From assembly GCF_009914755.1 (NCBI RefSeq), contig NC_060937.1: DNA of 64,000 bases; one strand, 5' to 3'. The position numbers and the translations under genes are program-made. How positions within the stretch are numbered: position 1 is the stretch's first letter; each line of letters starts with the position of its first letter. The notes beneath the pieces were generated by a model that saw only the letters and a list, made by a program, of their open reading frames with translations, was not told where the DNA came from and ran no database searches. This stretch comes from the human T2T-CHM13v2.0 reference genome, Homo sapiens. Below are positions 1-13,359 of the stretch, piece by piece.

Positions 1-3000
1 CAGGAATTTTCTAAAATCATTTTTTTTAAAAAGCTTAAGGGAGAAATGTACTTAATTTATAATGAGAATACTTTGTTAGTTATGAAAATATCTTACAAAA
101 TATTGCCATATATAAGAAACTAAAAACTTCCATTCCACAATGGAGTTTGATTCTCTGAGATTTAACTCAACTTAGATCGTAAATCTGATTTGATCAACAT
201 TATAGAAATCATCTGCTAATACTACAAGAATAAATAAAAACTAGAGAGACCAATGATAGGATGGCTGTTAAGTACTTGCCTGATTACTGATGGGTCTGTG
301 GGATTCCTAAATCGGACATCCTTTTTTAGTTTAATTGAATATGGATTCAGAGGATGGCCTTATATAAATTCTTATATCATTATGTCCCAATAATCTCAGA
401 TTTAAATATGAATATACAGTATTTAAGTTTAAAATGCACTGTATGTCATTTTATTAAAGTAAGACAGACTTTCTCAAGAAATTAGAGATCAGTAGGTATC
501 AAAATAATAAAATCAAATTTGTAAAAAAAGAAGCAATTAATAAAAGTGTTGATACTAAAAAAGTGAACCAACTAAATGTTTATTATGTTATAAGTCCATA
601 ATGGCAGAGAAATAATATCCTTCTACTATTTTTAGGTGCTGTTTTCCTGTCTCCTCTCAGGGTTCATCCATTTTTAACATGTTTGTGGTCATTTTCAAAA
701 AAAAATAGTTTGCTGGTCAATTGTCTAAACCTAATACCCATCAAAGAGAATTGCGAATAATAAAATTATCTAACAGAAAAGGGCTAACGCGGCTGATTAT
801 TAACATAGTTTCTCAGTTAACTGGCAACACTGAAGACCAACATCTCATGCAATTGTCAGGAATTAGGTTCTCCCCTTTACTATCATTGAGTCACACTTGA
901 AAGCTTAGTCAAATAAAATGATATTTATGAAAAACTGTTTGGGAGATATAAAATTCACCCCATTCTAGCTGTTTCCACACGATTCTTGGATGAAGTCAAA
1001 TCATCAGAGAGCTACATATGTGGACATCACTCAATGTCCTTCCACTTTCCTTTTTCCAAAAAGCGTTTTGCTAAGTTGGAGTTTGTAATGATGTCATTGC
1101 TTTGTCTGGAAGGATATTTTAAGAAATAATTACAAGAAGATGTTTCTAAAGATGATATTCATTATCTTGCACAGTGTTCTCCTTAGGAGAGTAGATTTGA
1201 AAATTATTTTCTGTAGTATTTATAGCAGGACTCTTTCATTCCTATTAAATGGCTTGCTTTTCACCCAGGGACTCTGATTTTGGTCACTGCATTTTCCCGT
1301 CTGCACTGCTAATGTTTGGAGTTGAACTCGAAGCTCCTTGTTTGGAAGGACAATGATGTCACAGACAAACTTTGTGGACTGACTTTGCTCCTGGATTCTT
1401 TTTTTTTTTTTAATTCATTTTCACTTGCCTCATTTTTCTACCTCTTAAAGCATATCTTACTTTGTAAACTGTAAAGCAAACTATTTTTTTTAGGAAAAGC
1501 CTAAATTAAAAGGCAGAAATACATCAAAGTAAGAATATGAAGGAGCACGAAAACTGTAAAGCCTAAATATGTGTGGTTTTGTTCTGCATTTTGGAATAGT
1601 GCTGTTTTTCCTGTACTTGTTTTCTCTGTGAGTACTTTCCAATCAATCACAACTTCAGTCACACCTGAGACAGCATTTGTGAAGCACTGGCAATTTACCT
1701 GATTTAATTTCATCAATGGAAACAGCCAGTCTTGGTAATTCAGCCTCCTAATTTAACTTTGTCTACATTGATGAAATTAACTGACACATTGCCAAATTCT
1801 TCCCCTCCTTTTTCTTCCTTTGTTTTAGGAAATTCAAAAGAAAAGGGAAGGAAAGAAGAGAGAGAAATAGGAAAAACTTAGCTTTTCTCTTCAGGCTACA
1901 GATATCACTGAAGCACTTGCCAAATAGGATGCGGAGAATCTGTAAATTTACCGGCGTTTATGCCATGGATTGTGGACATAGGCCACCTAATTGAATTGTC
2001 ACCATTATATGACACAATAGAAAAGAGTATAGACTCTGTGAACAAAACTCAGAGGGTCCCATTCCTATCTGGGTGTGTGTGTGTGTTCCATTAATTGTTC
2101 ATAACTATTTGCTGTAAAGTGAAGAACACGTATAAAGTCATGTAACATGGATACCATTAATCCAGTTTGAAGGGAGATAAAACTCATGTTGAGGTAGGCA
2201 TGTGGGGTTGTTTGAGATGGACAAAGACACAGAAAGCTGATATGCCATGAGATGTGGCACAAATTGATTTATCACTATCAGGTAAGTTACTGTCAGTCAA
2301 ATATTGTGAAATTAAAAAAGAACAAGACAAAAATAAGCAAATTTAAAAATAACTGAGCTTCTTTCTCATTTAGTGCAGGAGAAACTTTCAGGTTAACTGT
2401 TTTCATCTTTTTTAAAGTGGTTACGATTCCATAAATTGTAGATAACTGATTGCAGTTTAAATGACACTTGCCCATAGAAATGCAAATGAATTTTGTCCCT
2501 GGAAATAACTACTGATTCCTGGACAACGACCCCAATCTCCATGGAAAAAGCCAGTTTTGCATCATTTTGTACATTCATTTCAAAATTCCTGATTTATGTA
2601 TATATGTGTTTATTTTGAATTTTGAATTCTACCTTGAATTGGGTGTAGCATCATACCCATTTCTTCATTAGTTAAAGAGTTAAATAAAATATTTGACATG
2701 CATTCATTTGATATTCATATGAGTATCATGATATTACCTTTTTAAAATAGTTACTCTTTAGTGTCAATACATTTTGTTTTCAATAATGCTCCTCTTCATA
2801 ATTCTTAAATATGTTTTAGGGATATGTAATGGCGTTACAGCAGAGATTCATTTCAACCATGACTTTGTAAGTAACTATGTTTTCTATGTAAGAGCATCTA
2901 ATTGTGAAGAGTCAATGGATTTCATGATAGATGTATGTTATAAAATTATATCTTAAAACATAGCATTTAATCCTTCAATGGAATGTTGAATGGGTCTTTT

Positions 3001-3599
3001 CGTCAGTCCTATTTTATAGTCCAGTGGTATTAAAGAAACTTTAAGGACTGAAGTCATGATGATGAGTGGCACATAAGTGCTCAAGAGAAGGCTTAAGGGA
3101 GAGAACACCTGGGCAGGAGAGCATGGCCATATGAACTCAGAGCTTCAGTGAAACAATTAATGTTTTCTTTAAAAGGGTAAGAGTGCAAAGACCAGACTTC
3201 AGAAAAGATACATAAATTGACATTCTGACCAAAAATGGACTTTATTTGCCTTCTTGCCAATAGTGGCTATGGCCCATTTTCTGAATCTTTATGAAGTTAT
3301 AAGGCAAAACATATATCATTGCTTGTAGTAGCCTTCTTTTGATTACCAGAGATGGCCGTCGTTTCATATGTTTTGATTATTCGTATACATTCTGTATTTT
3401 CTCTCTTTATATCTTTGTTCATTTTAAAAATCAAGACTTAATTCTTTGTGTTCTTCCTTGAGTAGCTATCAAAAATCTAAGCCTTTACAGCACTGAGTAT
3501 GTATATTGCCCTCACATCAATAGTCTCGGTGATATTATTAGTGCTCTGTTGCAACTGCTGGAGATAGAGCACAGCTACTTTTCATTAAAAGAGTTTGGC

Positions 3600-3920
3600 A
3601 ATCTCAATTGATTAGCTCCATGTCTTATTTTTAATAAATCCAAATTCTTTATTCCTCCTATCATCAAACTTGTCAAATAACCACCCTTCATTTCTTCACT
3701 TGCATTGATGCCCCAGCCCCTGCCATCTGATTTTTGTTAGCGCACCACTAAAATTCCTCTCGGGAAGAAGCCTTTCGTGACCTTTCAAATACAACAGATA
3801 TTTTTCCGTTCTTACATTTAAACTCTACATGCTCAGATTCCATTGCCAAAACTTTCCCTGGGCACCTCGTTACATCTTTTAAAGGTCATTTTCTCTCTTG
3901 GTTCCATCTTCAGCCACAAC
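3600..3920 (+). mobile_element. Degraded L2 (LINE-2) fragment
   Basis: Pyrimidine-rich L2-like tract (ccactaaaattcctctc...cctttcaaatacaacag); recognised from recalled consensus, boundaries approximate. Confidence 0.4.
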
Positions 3921-3928
3921 TCTTCTTA

Positions 3929-4415
3929 TGTTACTGCAGCAGGCAGAAGCTTGGCATAGAATATTCAGCACAAGGTCACTACTTTTTAACCAATGAGGAA
4001 TATTTAATGAAGGTACTGTCTACGAAGGGGCAGGCAGGATTTAGGGGAATCAACTGAAGATGGCTGAGAACTATAGAGCTAGCAACAGTTGGGAGACCTC
4101 ATCATCCCTTGACCTGAAGCAGCTAAGCAGACTCTAGAAGCAGCTGTGTGAAGAGGTGCACCTGCTGCAGCTGTGGCCTTTGACTGAGGATGACCCTCAA
4201 CCTGCAGTTACCCCTTGACCCAGCAGAAAGGAAGCTGGGAAAACAAAACCTGTTTTCACCTTCCTGGGTCCCTGATTTTCTCTCTATGCCTCCTCTAGAT
4301 GGTGCTTACCAAAACCCTGAGGATGGAAGAGTCCACTGGTGCAGTCCACTGGGCTCAGGGTGCTCTGGTGCCCAGACTACATGAAAGGGCAGATCTGAAG
4401 GGCAAATAGAAGACA
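3929..4415. mobile_element. Ancient ERVL/MaLR-type LTR, family unresolved
   Basis: Motifs gctagcaacagttgggag, atccct..acctgaag and terminal gatctgaagggcaaatagaaga resemble old ERVL-class LTRs. Confidence 0.5.
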
Positions 4416-4518
4416 AGAAGAGGAACAACCTGCACTCTCTAGATGTTCTCATCCATCCTTGTTCTCATCCATCCAACAACAGCCCACACGATGATGACGT
4501 TGACACTAATTGTAGGCC

Positions 4519-4707
4519 AGCAGTTTCCAAAGCTGGCAGTTTCTTATAATCGCCTGGGGAGTCTTTTTTTTTTTTTTTTTTTAATGAAAAAAAAAATTCA
4601 GGCGCACATCCCCATAAATTTTAATTTAATCAATCTGCAGTTGGGCCTGAGATTTAGTCATTTTAAGCAGTAAATTTCCTAATGTGCAGTCAGAATTGAG
4701 AACCAGT
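4519..4707. mobile_element. MER5A/B-like hAT-Charlie non-autonomous DNA transposon
   Basis: cagcagtttccaaagctgg...aatcgcctggggag...gtgcagtcagaattgagaaccag matches the quasi-palindromic MER5 layout; central poly-T/poly-A expansion. Confidence 0.6.
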
Positions 4708-5892
4708 TTTAGATTATATATCCGCATTACATTTCAAACTCACATATGCTATTGCCTACTAAAAATCTCCACCTACATTTCCCATATGCATTTCAAGCTA
4801 TATATGTACAAAATAAATGTTTTACTGTTCTCAAATGCATTTCCCCTGATATTGTTACATTTTAATCTTAGCCGTTGACAGTAATATCTAGCTAGGTACT
4901 CAAGATCAAAGCCGAAGATTCACAATGCTCTGACCGTTGTTTGCTGTTCTCTGCATCTGCTTTACTCTTTGAGCTGTATTTCCCTCTTTTTTGGATAAAT
5001 GAACTCCTACTCTGCCATTAAAATGCATCTGTCATTTTGAAACTTTCACAACTACTCTTTTCACAGCAACTCATAGGACATCTTCAAACTTTTATTTCAA
5101 GGTGTTTTATACACAAGCAATACTTTCAAAAGTATAACTAAATATCTCATTTACCCCGCAGTAAGTTATAAAACAAATTTCAGCAGGTTAAAAATCACTG
5201 GCATTAAAAAACTGGCATTAATGCCTATTGATATTAATGTTGAAATAAGGAAAATTGCTAAGTTTGAATTTATAAAAGTACTAAAAACTACTGTTTTTAC
5301 CTGTTTTGTAGTATGTCATAATGTGATTACATGTACATCTTTTGCTATAGGTAAAAACACCTCTGCTGCTATAATTTTTGAAATGTCACTCTTCTAGACT
5401 GTGAGACAAAGAAAGAGAAGGGAGAAGATTGCTGTGGGAGCAAAGGAGCTGGGGAGGGGTCCATGGGCTCCCGTCTCCCAGTGAGTCCACTCCACACCCT
5501 TCACAGTTCGCTATTACCCAGTGGCCTGTGGGACATTAGCTCTTTCCTTTGCTTTCACTTTCATTGTGACTATGAAAAAGAAAATGAAAATATAAACATC
5601 ATTATAAAAAATGCGTCAAGCCTATTATGCATCTTCTCCACACTGGTTTTCTGAAACAGATGGGAGAGAACACGGCATCCTTCCTCCTTCACACTGAAAT
5701 GCTGGCCAATTTCCCAGATTTCCACTGTAAGTCCAATATAGGACTAGAAGCCTTAGATATATGTAGCATTGTTTGAAACTAATACTTCAAATATACAAAT
5801 TTCATGTATATTTATAAATATATTTATATATAATATGTTATCGATAATACATTATAATATAATGAAATGTGTTAACATGTAAACAATATTAA

Positions 5893-6052
5893 TGGAAGGT
5901 TGTTCAAAGGGTGTAGAGTCTCAGTTTTGCAAGATAAAAATGTTTTAGAGATCTGTTCCACATCAATATAAATATAGTGAACATGACTGAACTGAATACT
6001 TAAAAGTACTTAAGATAATAAATTTTATATTATGTATTTTATCATAATTAAA
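5893..6052 (+). mobile_element. L1MB-like 3' UTR fragment
   Basis: gggtgtagagtctcagttttgcaagataaaaatgttttagagatctg...actgaactgaatacttaaaa, typical L1MB 3' end. Confidence 0.7.
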
Positions 6053-6427
6053 AGTTAATTATATAATTAATAAATTTTGAACAAAAGACATATTAGCATA
6101 CATTTCTTCAAAACATTTCTAAACCAGTTAAGTATCTAATTCATTGCTCCAAACATTTCTGTGTTTATCTTATATGTTTTGTTGTGTATATTTTAATATA
6201 TTGTGTTATACTATGTTTTTATGTGTCTGTCTATGTTCTCTCTTTTAGGACTTCACATCGATTTGTTGTGTCAGTAACTGTTCCTTGATGTTAGTAATCC
6301 CGACACTTAGTGTAGCGCATGCTCTGAAACTGACCCTCAAAAAATTCCTGGGTTAAATGAAGAATGAATGAATCAGGTTAAAAATATCAATCCATCTACC
6401 TTACAGACTTCTGGAAACGTAGTTCCT

Positions 6428-6561
6428 AAAATAACTGTGTGAGGTAATGCATATGTTAATTAACTCAATTTAGCCATTCCACAATGTATACATATTTTAA
6501 AACACCTTGTTGTACAAGATAAATACACACAATTTTATTTGTCAATTAAAAACAAATAAAA
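6428..6561 (+). mobile_element. L1MA-like 3' terminal fragment
   Basis: aactgtgtgaggtaatgcatatgttaattaactcaatttagccattccacaatgtatac...ttgtcaattaaaaa. Confidence 0.75.
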
Positions 6562-6774
6562 CAAGTAAATTGGCAAAAAGAAGAAGCATAGCTCTTAACT
6601 GCTGGTTAATTTGACACAGTATCATTGTGATTTCAGCCCATATAAAGGTGTTATTAATAAAAATTACTATCCACAAACCCCAGGGGGTCCTAAAAAGACT
6701 GTTCGGTAATTAACAGATGTTCCCACAATGTCCTGTTGTTTATGAAGGTAACTGTTTCTACAATTAAATACTGA

Positions 6775-7167
<393 letters not shown>

Positions 7168-7189
7168 ACTAATCTTGATGTCAATCCTT

Positions 7190-7270
7190 AGAGGTAAGCA
7201 TTCTCTTCCTCACTTTTCAATTGAGGAAATTAAGGCACAGAAAAGAAAAGTAATATCCAAAGTCATACAA
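7190..7270 (-). mobile_element. MIR fragment
   Basis: cacttttcaattgaggaaattaaggcacagaaaag...ccaaagtcatac, MIR core. Confidence 0.55.
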
Positions 7271-7289
7271 TCAAGTGTGTCATTGAAAT

Positions 7290-7790
7290 TTTCATGTAAA
7301 CCTACAGAAAGTGCATAGTCACCTTGATGAATTTTTCAAAGTAAACCCATCAGTAAAGCTAGGATTAGATCAGGAATTAAAACATCTTCATCACCTAGAA
7401 ACTTCCCTCCTGCCCCAGCCTGGGTACACTAACTGCCAAAGGTAACCACTGACTTGTCTCACTGTAGAATAGTTTTGCTTGTATTTGAAATTTGAATAAA
7501 AGTTCTTACAGAGAATGTAATCGTAAACAGCCTGGCTTTATCCACTCAAGGAGTTTTGAGTTTCATCCATGTTGCTGGGTGTAGCAATAATCTACTCATT
7601 TTAACTGTGGTCTAGAATTCCATTCTATGGATATACCAAAATCCATCCATTCTACTGTTGATTGACATTTGGGCTTTTTCCCATTTGGAGCTATTCCAAA
7701 TAATGCCACCATTAACGTTTTGTATAAATCTATGGTACACATATTTACAAATTTCTGCTGGAATGAAATCATAGGTTGTAAAAGATCTTG
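7290..7790 (-). mobile_element. L1ME-like 3' fragment
   Basis: ggtaaccactgac, ttcatccatgttgctg, tccattctactgttgattgacatttgggc: L1M 3' region motifs. Confidence 0.7.
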
Positions 7791-7904
7791 GAATTTAGTT
7801 CATTCATTTTTACTCAATTCCAGGGCTCTTTGACAAATCTGTGGCATATCATTAGGTTGTACTAAATCCATTTAGTCATTTTGCCATTCAACCATTTATT
7901 TATT

Positions 7905-8140
7905 GTATGTACGTGTGTGTATGTGTGTATATAGAGGAATGTGCCCATACACATGTATTATATATATGTATATGCCCATACACATGTATATATGTGAATA
8001 TATACACATATGTGTACGTGAGTATGTACATACACATGTATATATGTGTATATATACACGTGTGTATGTGATTATGCGTCCATACACATGTATATATGTG
8101 TATGTACATATATATGTGTGTGTGCGTGTGTATGTATACA
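7905..8140. repeat. Degenerate (TATG/TACA/TG)n alternating purine-pyrimidine microsatellite
   Basis: Directly visible; source of the Y/I/H/T/V/C-rich ORFs at 7896-8276. Confidence 0.95.
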
Positions 8141-10159
8141 CATGGTTGGGGAAAGAAAGAGAGAAAAGATAATTAATAAAGTTTGTTATGCACCAGGTAC
8201 TCATACTGTGCAGGTCCTGGTGATAGGATGAAAACCATCTGGAGCTCTTTCTTACCTTCATGGAATTATAATCCAATAGTTTGATTCACTGCAGTTAACC
8301 TAGAGGAAAAAAATAAAAACATATTAATATTTCTAAATTTCCTATATACATTCACAGAGCCAACTGAATTACCTTCAATAAATTGAAATGACCAAAAAAA
8401 TTAATCACATTATAATTTCTTGCATTCATATGAGTTGGACTATTCTATGTACTCCCTGTTACTATACCCAAGGCTAGTGTTTATGTTAGAAAGGCACCCC
8501 GGGGTAAATAATCTCTCTAAGCCAAGAATCTGAGTATTATGGATTGCCAATGATTCAGTGTTCCTTTAACATCTTATGGAGGCCGCAAAACACATGTGGT
8601 AGAAAATCGACGCTGGCCAGAAGACTCACAATGACCGAATTTGATCACGGTTCTGTCACAGCCATTGTGCACCATCTTTCATTACTGGCTGGAACTTTCT
8701 GGGGCTGTTTCCAGTGTAAAAAAAGGGACTGATCCCCGTGAACACTATGGGCTTTTCAAGCTCATGGACTTCACATTTGGTTTATAGCTGGCAATTCTGG
8801 CATTATTTGAATTGTGGTGCAAAAAAAAAAATCCACTTTTAGGAAAACTATTTACAATACCCTAATATAGTCCTTTAAGAGAACATCTGATTGGGTTCAT
8901 TTTACAACACACTACATGATATTTTTAAAGTGCAATAAATTCTAGTAGTTTTCTTTAGTAGGTAAAAATCCATATTTACCTTTTAGTTCATCTATTTAAT
9001 ATAGATAGTGAAGATCTAGTAAACAATTTGTAGGTTTTCTTACTAATCTGCTTCATTATTTTGTCATCATTTAGTAAAAATCCATCAACAAATGCTGCAA
9101 ACATTAAATGGACAAGGAAGACCAACCAAAAATTATAATATTAGCTATGGCACACACATACACACACACTCACAAATACTGTATCTAATTCCATATCTTC
9201 AGCTCTCATAGAACAGGACTTTTCCTGCATTTTTTTATTCCATCTTCACTCAATTAAAAAACACATTTCTGAAGCATTTAGTGTGAGTTGCTATTTATGC
9301 CAGTCAATAATTCACATCATCTGCAAAAAATATGTTTGTATCCTTTCTACACCCGTTAGAGATGAAAGGAAGGAATTTATGTGCTAAAATGGCTTCATGT
9401 GCCCAAATCATGCAAATTCTCTAAGCCATTTCCTAAGATTTGCAGATGTGTAAATTGCATCTTTTTTTTAAAGAGTAGGTATACAACGGTATGAATCTCA
9501 AATCAGTTTTTGTTCCACCTCATAGTTCTTCAAATGATGAGAACTGATTTATTATTGAGGCATTGTCAAACTCTGAATGGAGTCTAATCTTCCATTTTAA
9601 TCTTTTATGAGGCAACTGGGTAAAAAAAAATTACAAATGCAAACGATGTGTGTCAGTGTACGTATGCACACACACTTACATAATATCAGCATATATGTCA
9701 CATTAATGGAGATTAGATCTCATGGAGCACCAGAGTGTCTTGAAAAAAACCTCCGAATGGTGACACTGAACAGGAAAAGGACTGCATTTAATAAAATCGG
9801 GACAACATAGCAAAATGTACACAGTGTCTGATACATAGAAAACACTCAATAAAGTGTTTTTCTACTCCCATAAAATCATGGGATCATTGTCTCTCTGAGC
9901 TTACAGCTATAGAATAAAGATGGGATGTTTTAAGTTGTGAGATTCTTTGTGCCTATTTTATTGTATTCATTTTTATACAGTATTAGTACAAACACTTTAC
10001 CCATTTGAGAGGAAATTGCCTTTCCAAGACACCAGAGATGCATTTAATTCTATGGAAGAAACGTTATTCCAACTGATGTCCTCATGTCTTGGAAACCAAC
10101 TGTTATGTTTTCTTTTCAGTGAGTTTATGGTAGTCTTTTAAAATCACATTGGTGGAAAT

Positions 10160-10555
10160 ATGTATGTATATATACAATACATCATATATATAATACATTA
10201 TATATTATATATAAATTATAATATATTATATATTATGTATTATATATAAATTATAATATATATTATGTATTATATATAAATTATAATATATTATAAATTA
10301 TATATTACATATTTTATAATATACACAATTTTTATATATAATTTTATAAATTATATAATTATATATAATATAATTATAAATTATAAACATGTAAATTACA
10401 TATAATATATAATTTATAATATATAATTTTATACAACCATATATAGTATATAATATATTCCTTTATATGAATTTCTTCATTATATAAAGAAATTTTATTT
10501 ATATATATAATTCTTTTATTGTATAAATATCTCTGTCTATCTATCTATCTATCTG
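10160..10555. repeat. AT-rich (TA/TTATA)n low-complexity tract followed by short (TCTA)n
   Basis: Directly visible. Confidence 0.95.
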
Positions 10556-11451
10556 TCTCTAATGCTTTGGGGTTTAAAAGCCATGCCAGTGGAAAATAAT
10601 AATAGCATCATGTCTGAATACAAGTATGATAAATGCTGTGTGTGGTTGTAATAAATGTGAAGATGGATATAGATAAACTCTGACTTCCCAGTGGCCACCC
10701 TGGCTGATGCAAAAGACCATAAATCCTTTGTATTTATAAAGGAAGAATCAAAGTGCACTGGAATTTATTTTAACTCTTTTCAGATTTTCGGAGTAGTTCT
10801 TTTATTCTTCTCCCAAATATTCATTTACACTGTTTAGCAACTTTCTGAAGCATGAATAAAATTCGTAAAGCTGATAAGAAGCACTGGAATTCTCTATCTG
10901 TAACTTGAAACAAGATTTGGGTTGAACCTATGATGGCACATTGAATGGCTTGTATTTGGTGAGTTTTCTCTGTTACTCTTTTCTGAAGGGTTTTCTAAGT
11001 TTCTCCAGGTGTGCCCCTGGCAGGGATCAGGAAGCAGGAGCAATGGACAGGCAAGAGACACTGCTGAGGTGCCCTGTACCTTCTCCAGATGGCCTCCCTC
11101 TTCTCCTCTGAGACACAGTGCAATAATACCGTATGGATAGAAAGTCTGAGGCAGCATCATGGAAGCTGAGTCCCCAGAACCTGGGAAGGCTGGGAAGAAT
11201 GATGGAGAGAGAAGAGCAAGGAAAGAGAGAGGGGAAGGTAGGAGCTGGAGAGTCCAAACAAACACTGAGGCTCTCCCTGTAACTTTTTGGCAATGGTTCT
11301 TGGGCAGCTCTTGCTCCTAGAGTTTGAACTGTAAGAACTTTGGCATTAGGTGTAAAATGTAATTATCTCTTAAGGAATGCACATCAGAATGTCAGTAATA
11401 AACCGAGTAATTTTAAAATCACTCATTTTTTGCTCATTTCTGCTGATATCT

Positions 11452-11822
11452 TGATATGGTTTGGCTGTGTCCCCACCCAAATCTCATCTTGAACTGTAAC
11501 TCCCACAATTCCCACACGTTGTGGAAGGAACCTGGTAAGAGGTAACTGAATCATGGGGTGGATCTTTCCTGTGCTTTTCTTATGGTAGTGACTATGTCTC
11601 ATCAGATCTGATGGTTTTAACAAACAGGAGTTTCCCTGCACAAGTTCTCTCTCTTTGCCCGCTGCCATCCGTGTAAGACGTGATTTGCTCATCCTTGCCT
11701 TCCATCATGATTGTGAGGCCTCCCCAGCCACGTGGAACTGTGCGTCTCTTAAACCTCTTTCTTTTGTAAATTGCCCAGTCTCGGGTGTGTCTTTGTTAGC
11801 ACCATGAAAACAGACGAATATA
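11452..11822 (+). mobile_element. THE1 (THE1C-like) MaLR solo LTR
   Basis: Starts tgatatggtttggctgtgtccccacccaaatctcatcttgaac and ends gaaaacagacgaatata; perfect 5-bp TSD TATCT (11447-11451 and 11823-11827). Confidence 0.95.
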
Positions 11823-12003
11823 TATCTACACCATTTCTCAATATCTATCTCATAGCAGAGACTCACAATATTTTTCTTTGAAAGTTGTGAATTTGAATTG
11901 AAAATCTACCATCTTTCCTAATGGTACCACCCATGTTGATCTAATTTGTTTTTTCATTAAACTATCAATAATATTCCAATGATATACAATTGCTCTAAGA
12001 ATA

Positions 12004-12678
12004 CAGTAGTCCTCCCTCATCTGCAGTTTCACTTTCTGTGGTTTCAATTACCTGTGGCACACTGCCTTTTCAAAATATTAAATGGAAAATTCTATAAATA
12101 AACAATTCATAAGTTTTAAATTGTGCACTGCTCTGAGTAATGTGATAAAATCTGTGCTGTCCCATTCAATTCTTCCCTTGACATGAATCATCCCTTTTCC
12201 AGAGTCTCCATGCTGCAGACACAACCTGCTTATTAGGTCAATAGTAGGCCACCCTGCGTCATGATGCCTTTCTCATTCACCTTACTTCATCACATCACAT
12301 CACATAGGCATGGTATCTTCTCACATCATCAAAAAAGGGTGAGTACAGTACAATAAGATATTTTGAAAGAAAGAGAGACCACATCAGACAACTTTTATTA
12401 CAGTATATTGTTATAATTATTCTATTTTATTATTAGCTATTATTGTTTATCTCTAACTATGCCTAATTTATAAATTAAACTTTATCATACATGTGTATGT
12501 ATATGATGAAAACATAGTGTGTGTAGGGCTTGGTACCATTCATGGTTCCAGGCATCCACTGGGAGTCTTGGAACATGTCCCACTAGGATAAGAGGGAGTA
12601 TATCCCACCAGGATAAAGGGGAACATATTCCCACCAGGATAAGCGAGGACATACTCCCACCAGGGCAAGGGAATACTG
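12004..12678. mobile_element. MER44/Tigger7-type TcMar DNA transposon relic
   Basis: Left TIR cagtagtcctccctcatctgcagtttcactttc; right end ...gggaatactg; TA target duplications at 12002-12003 and 12679-12680. Confidence 0.85.
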
Positions 12679-13359
12679 TATCGTGAACATCAGCTATTGC
12701 AGGAAAGAAGAAAAAGCTTTAATATGCTGTTGCTTTCAAATTCAGCAGGAATTTGACAAGCATTTTTTGTGCTAAATATTGCTGTTTAAATTTTGGTCTT
12801 GAAAATGAAATCTTTCTTTGCCAAAAATGCCAAAAATGCCAACTATCTCATTTATTCATTAAAAAAAAAATCCATCTTTCTCTCTAGCATGTCAAAGACT
12901 TCTGGCCTAAAATGGAAATGTGGAGAAATCCCTTCCTAGAATTTCTCCTCAAAAGTGCAAACTTGCCTGCTGCTTCCCTTTTAGCTATGGCATTCTTGGT
13001 TTACAATTTACTCTCTCCTTCAACTGCCCTAGATTTATTCTCTCCCCAATTTATTCTCTCCATCAGTTGCTCCTAGAGGGCAAATGGTCTCTGAGCACCA
13101 AACCATGGCCCTGCCCTCGGTCATCACCATTCTGGGCCATGGCTGAACTGTGACTGCTTCCTAGAAACAGTCTAGGATCTTATGGAAGCCAAAGAAGATC
13201 TTCTTGAATTCCCCAGTTTATCTTATTCTTTTTAACTTCCCCTTATTGCCTTCATTGAGTCTTCCTATTCCCAGATGTGAGAGCCCCTACAATATAGTTT
13301 ATCTGTACTGGTTCACTCAATGAGTGCACCTGTGGTTTTATTATATATGGTGGGTGTTT

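Noticed and set aside
1895-1927. ATDITEALAK* as the last coding exon of a known gene
   Set aside because: I cannot match it to any protein I recognise; kept only as a candidate exon, with no gene symbol assigned
4563-4597. Poly-T followed by poly-A hairpin
   Set aside because: Homopolymer expansion at the centre of a MER5-like element
7896-8276. Y/I/H/T/V/C-rich ORFs (also 44557-44851 and 24982-25276)
   Set aside because: Read-through of dinucleotide microsatellites
10894-11293. 123-aa and 88-aa minus-strand ORFs (also 39988, 42529, 47176, 56145, 56464)
   Set aside because: No recognisable domains, mostly overlap old LTR/L2/L1 or low-complexity sequence, and lengths are within chance expectation
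11423-11692. 89-aa minus-strand ORF
   Set aside because: Antisense translation of the THE1 LTR
12578-12680. CRISPR-like spaced repeats (also 36273-36361 and 19403-19488)
   Set aside because: Eukaryotic DNA, no unique spacers of constant length, no cas genes; these are tandem duplications or minisatellites
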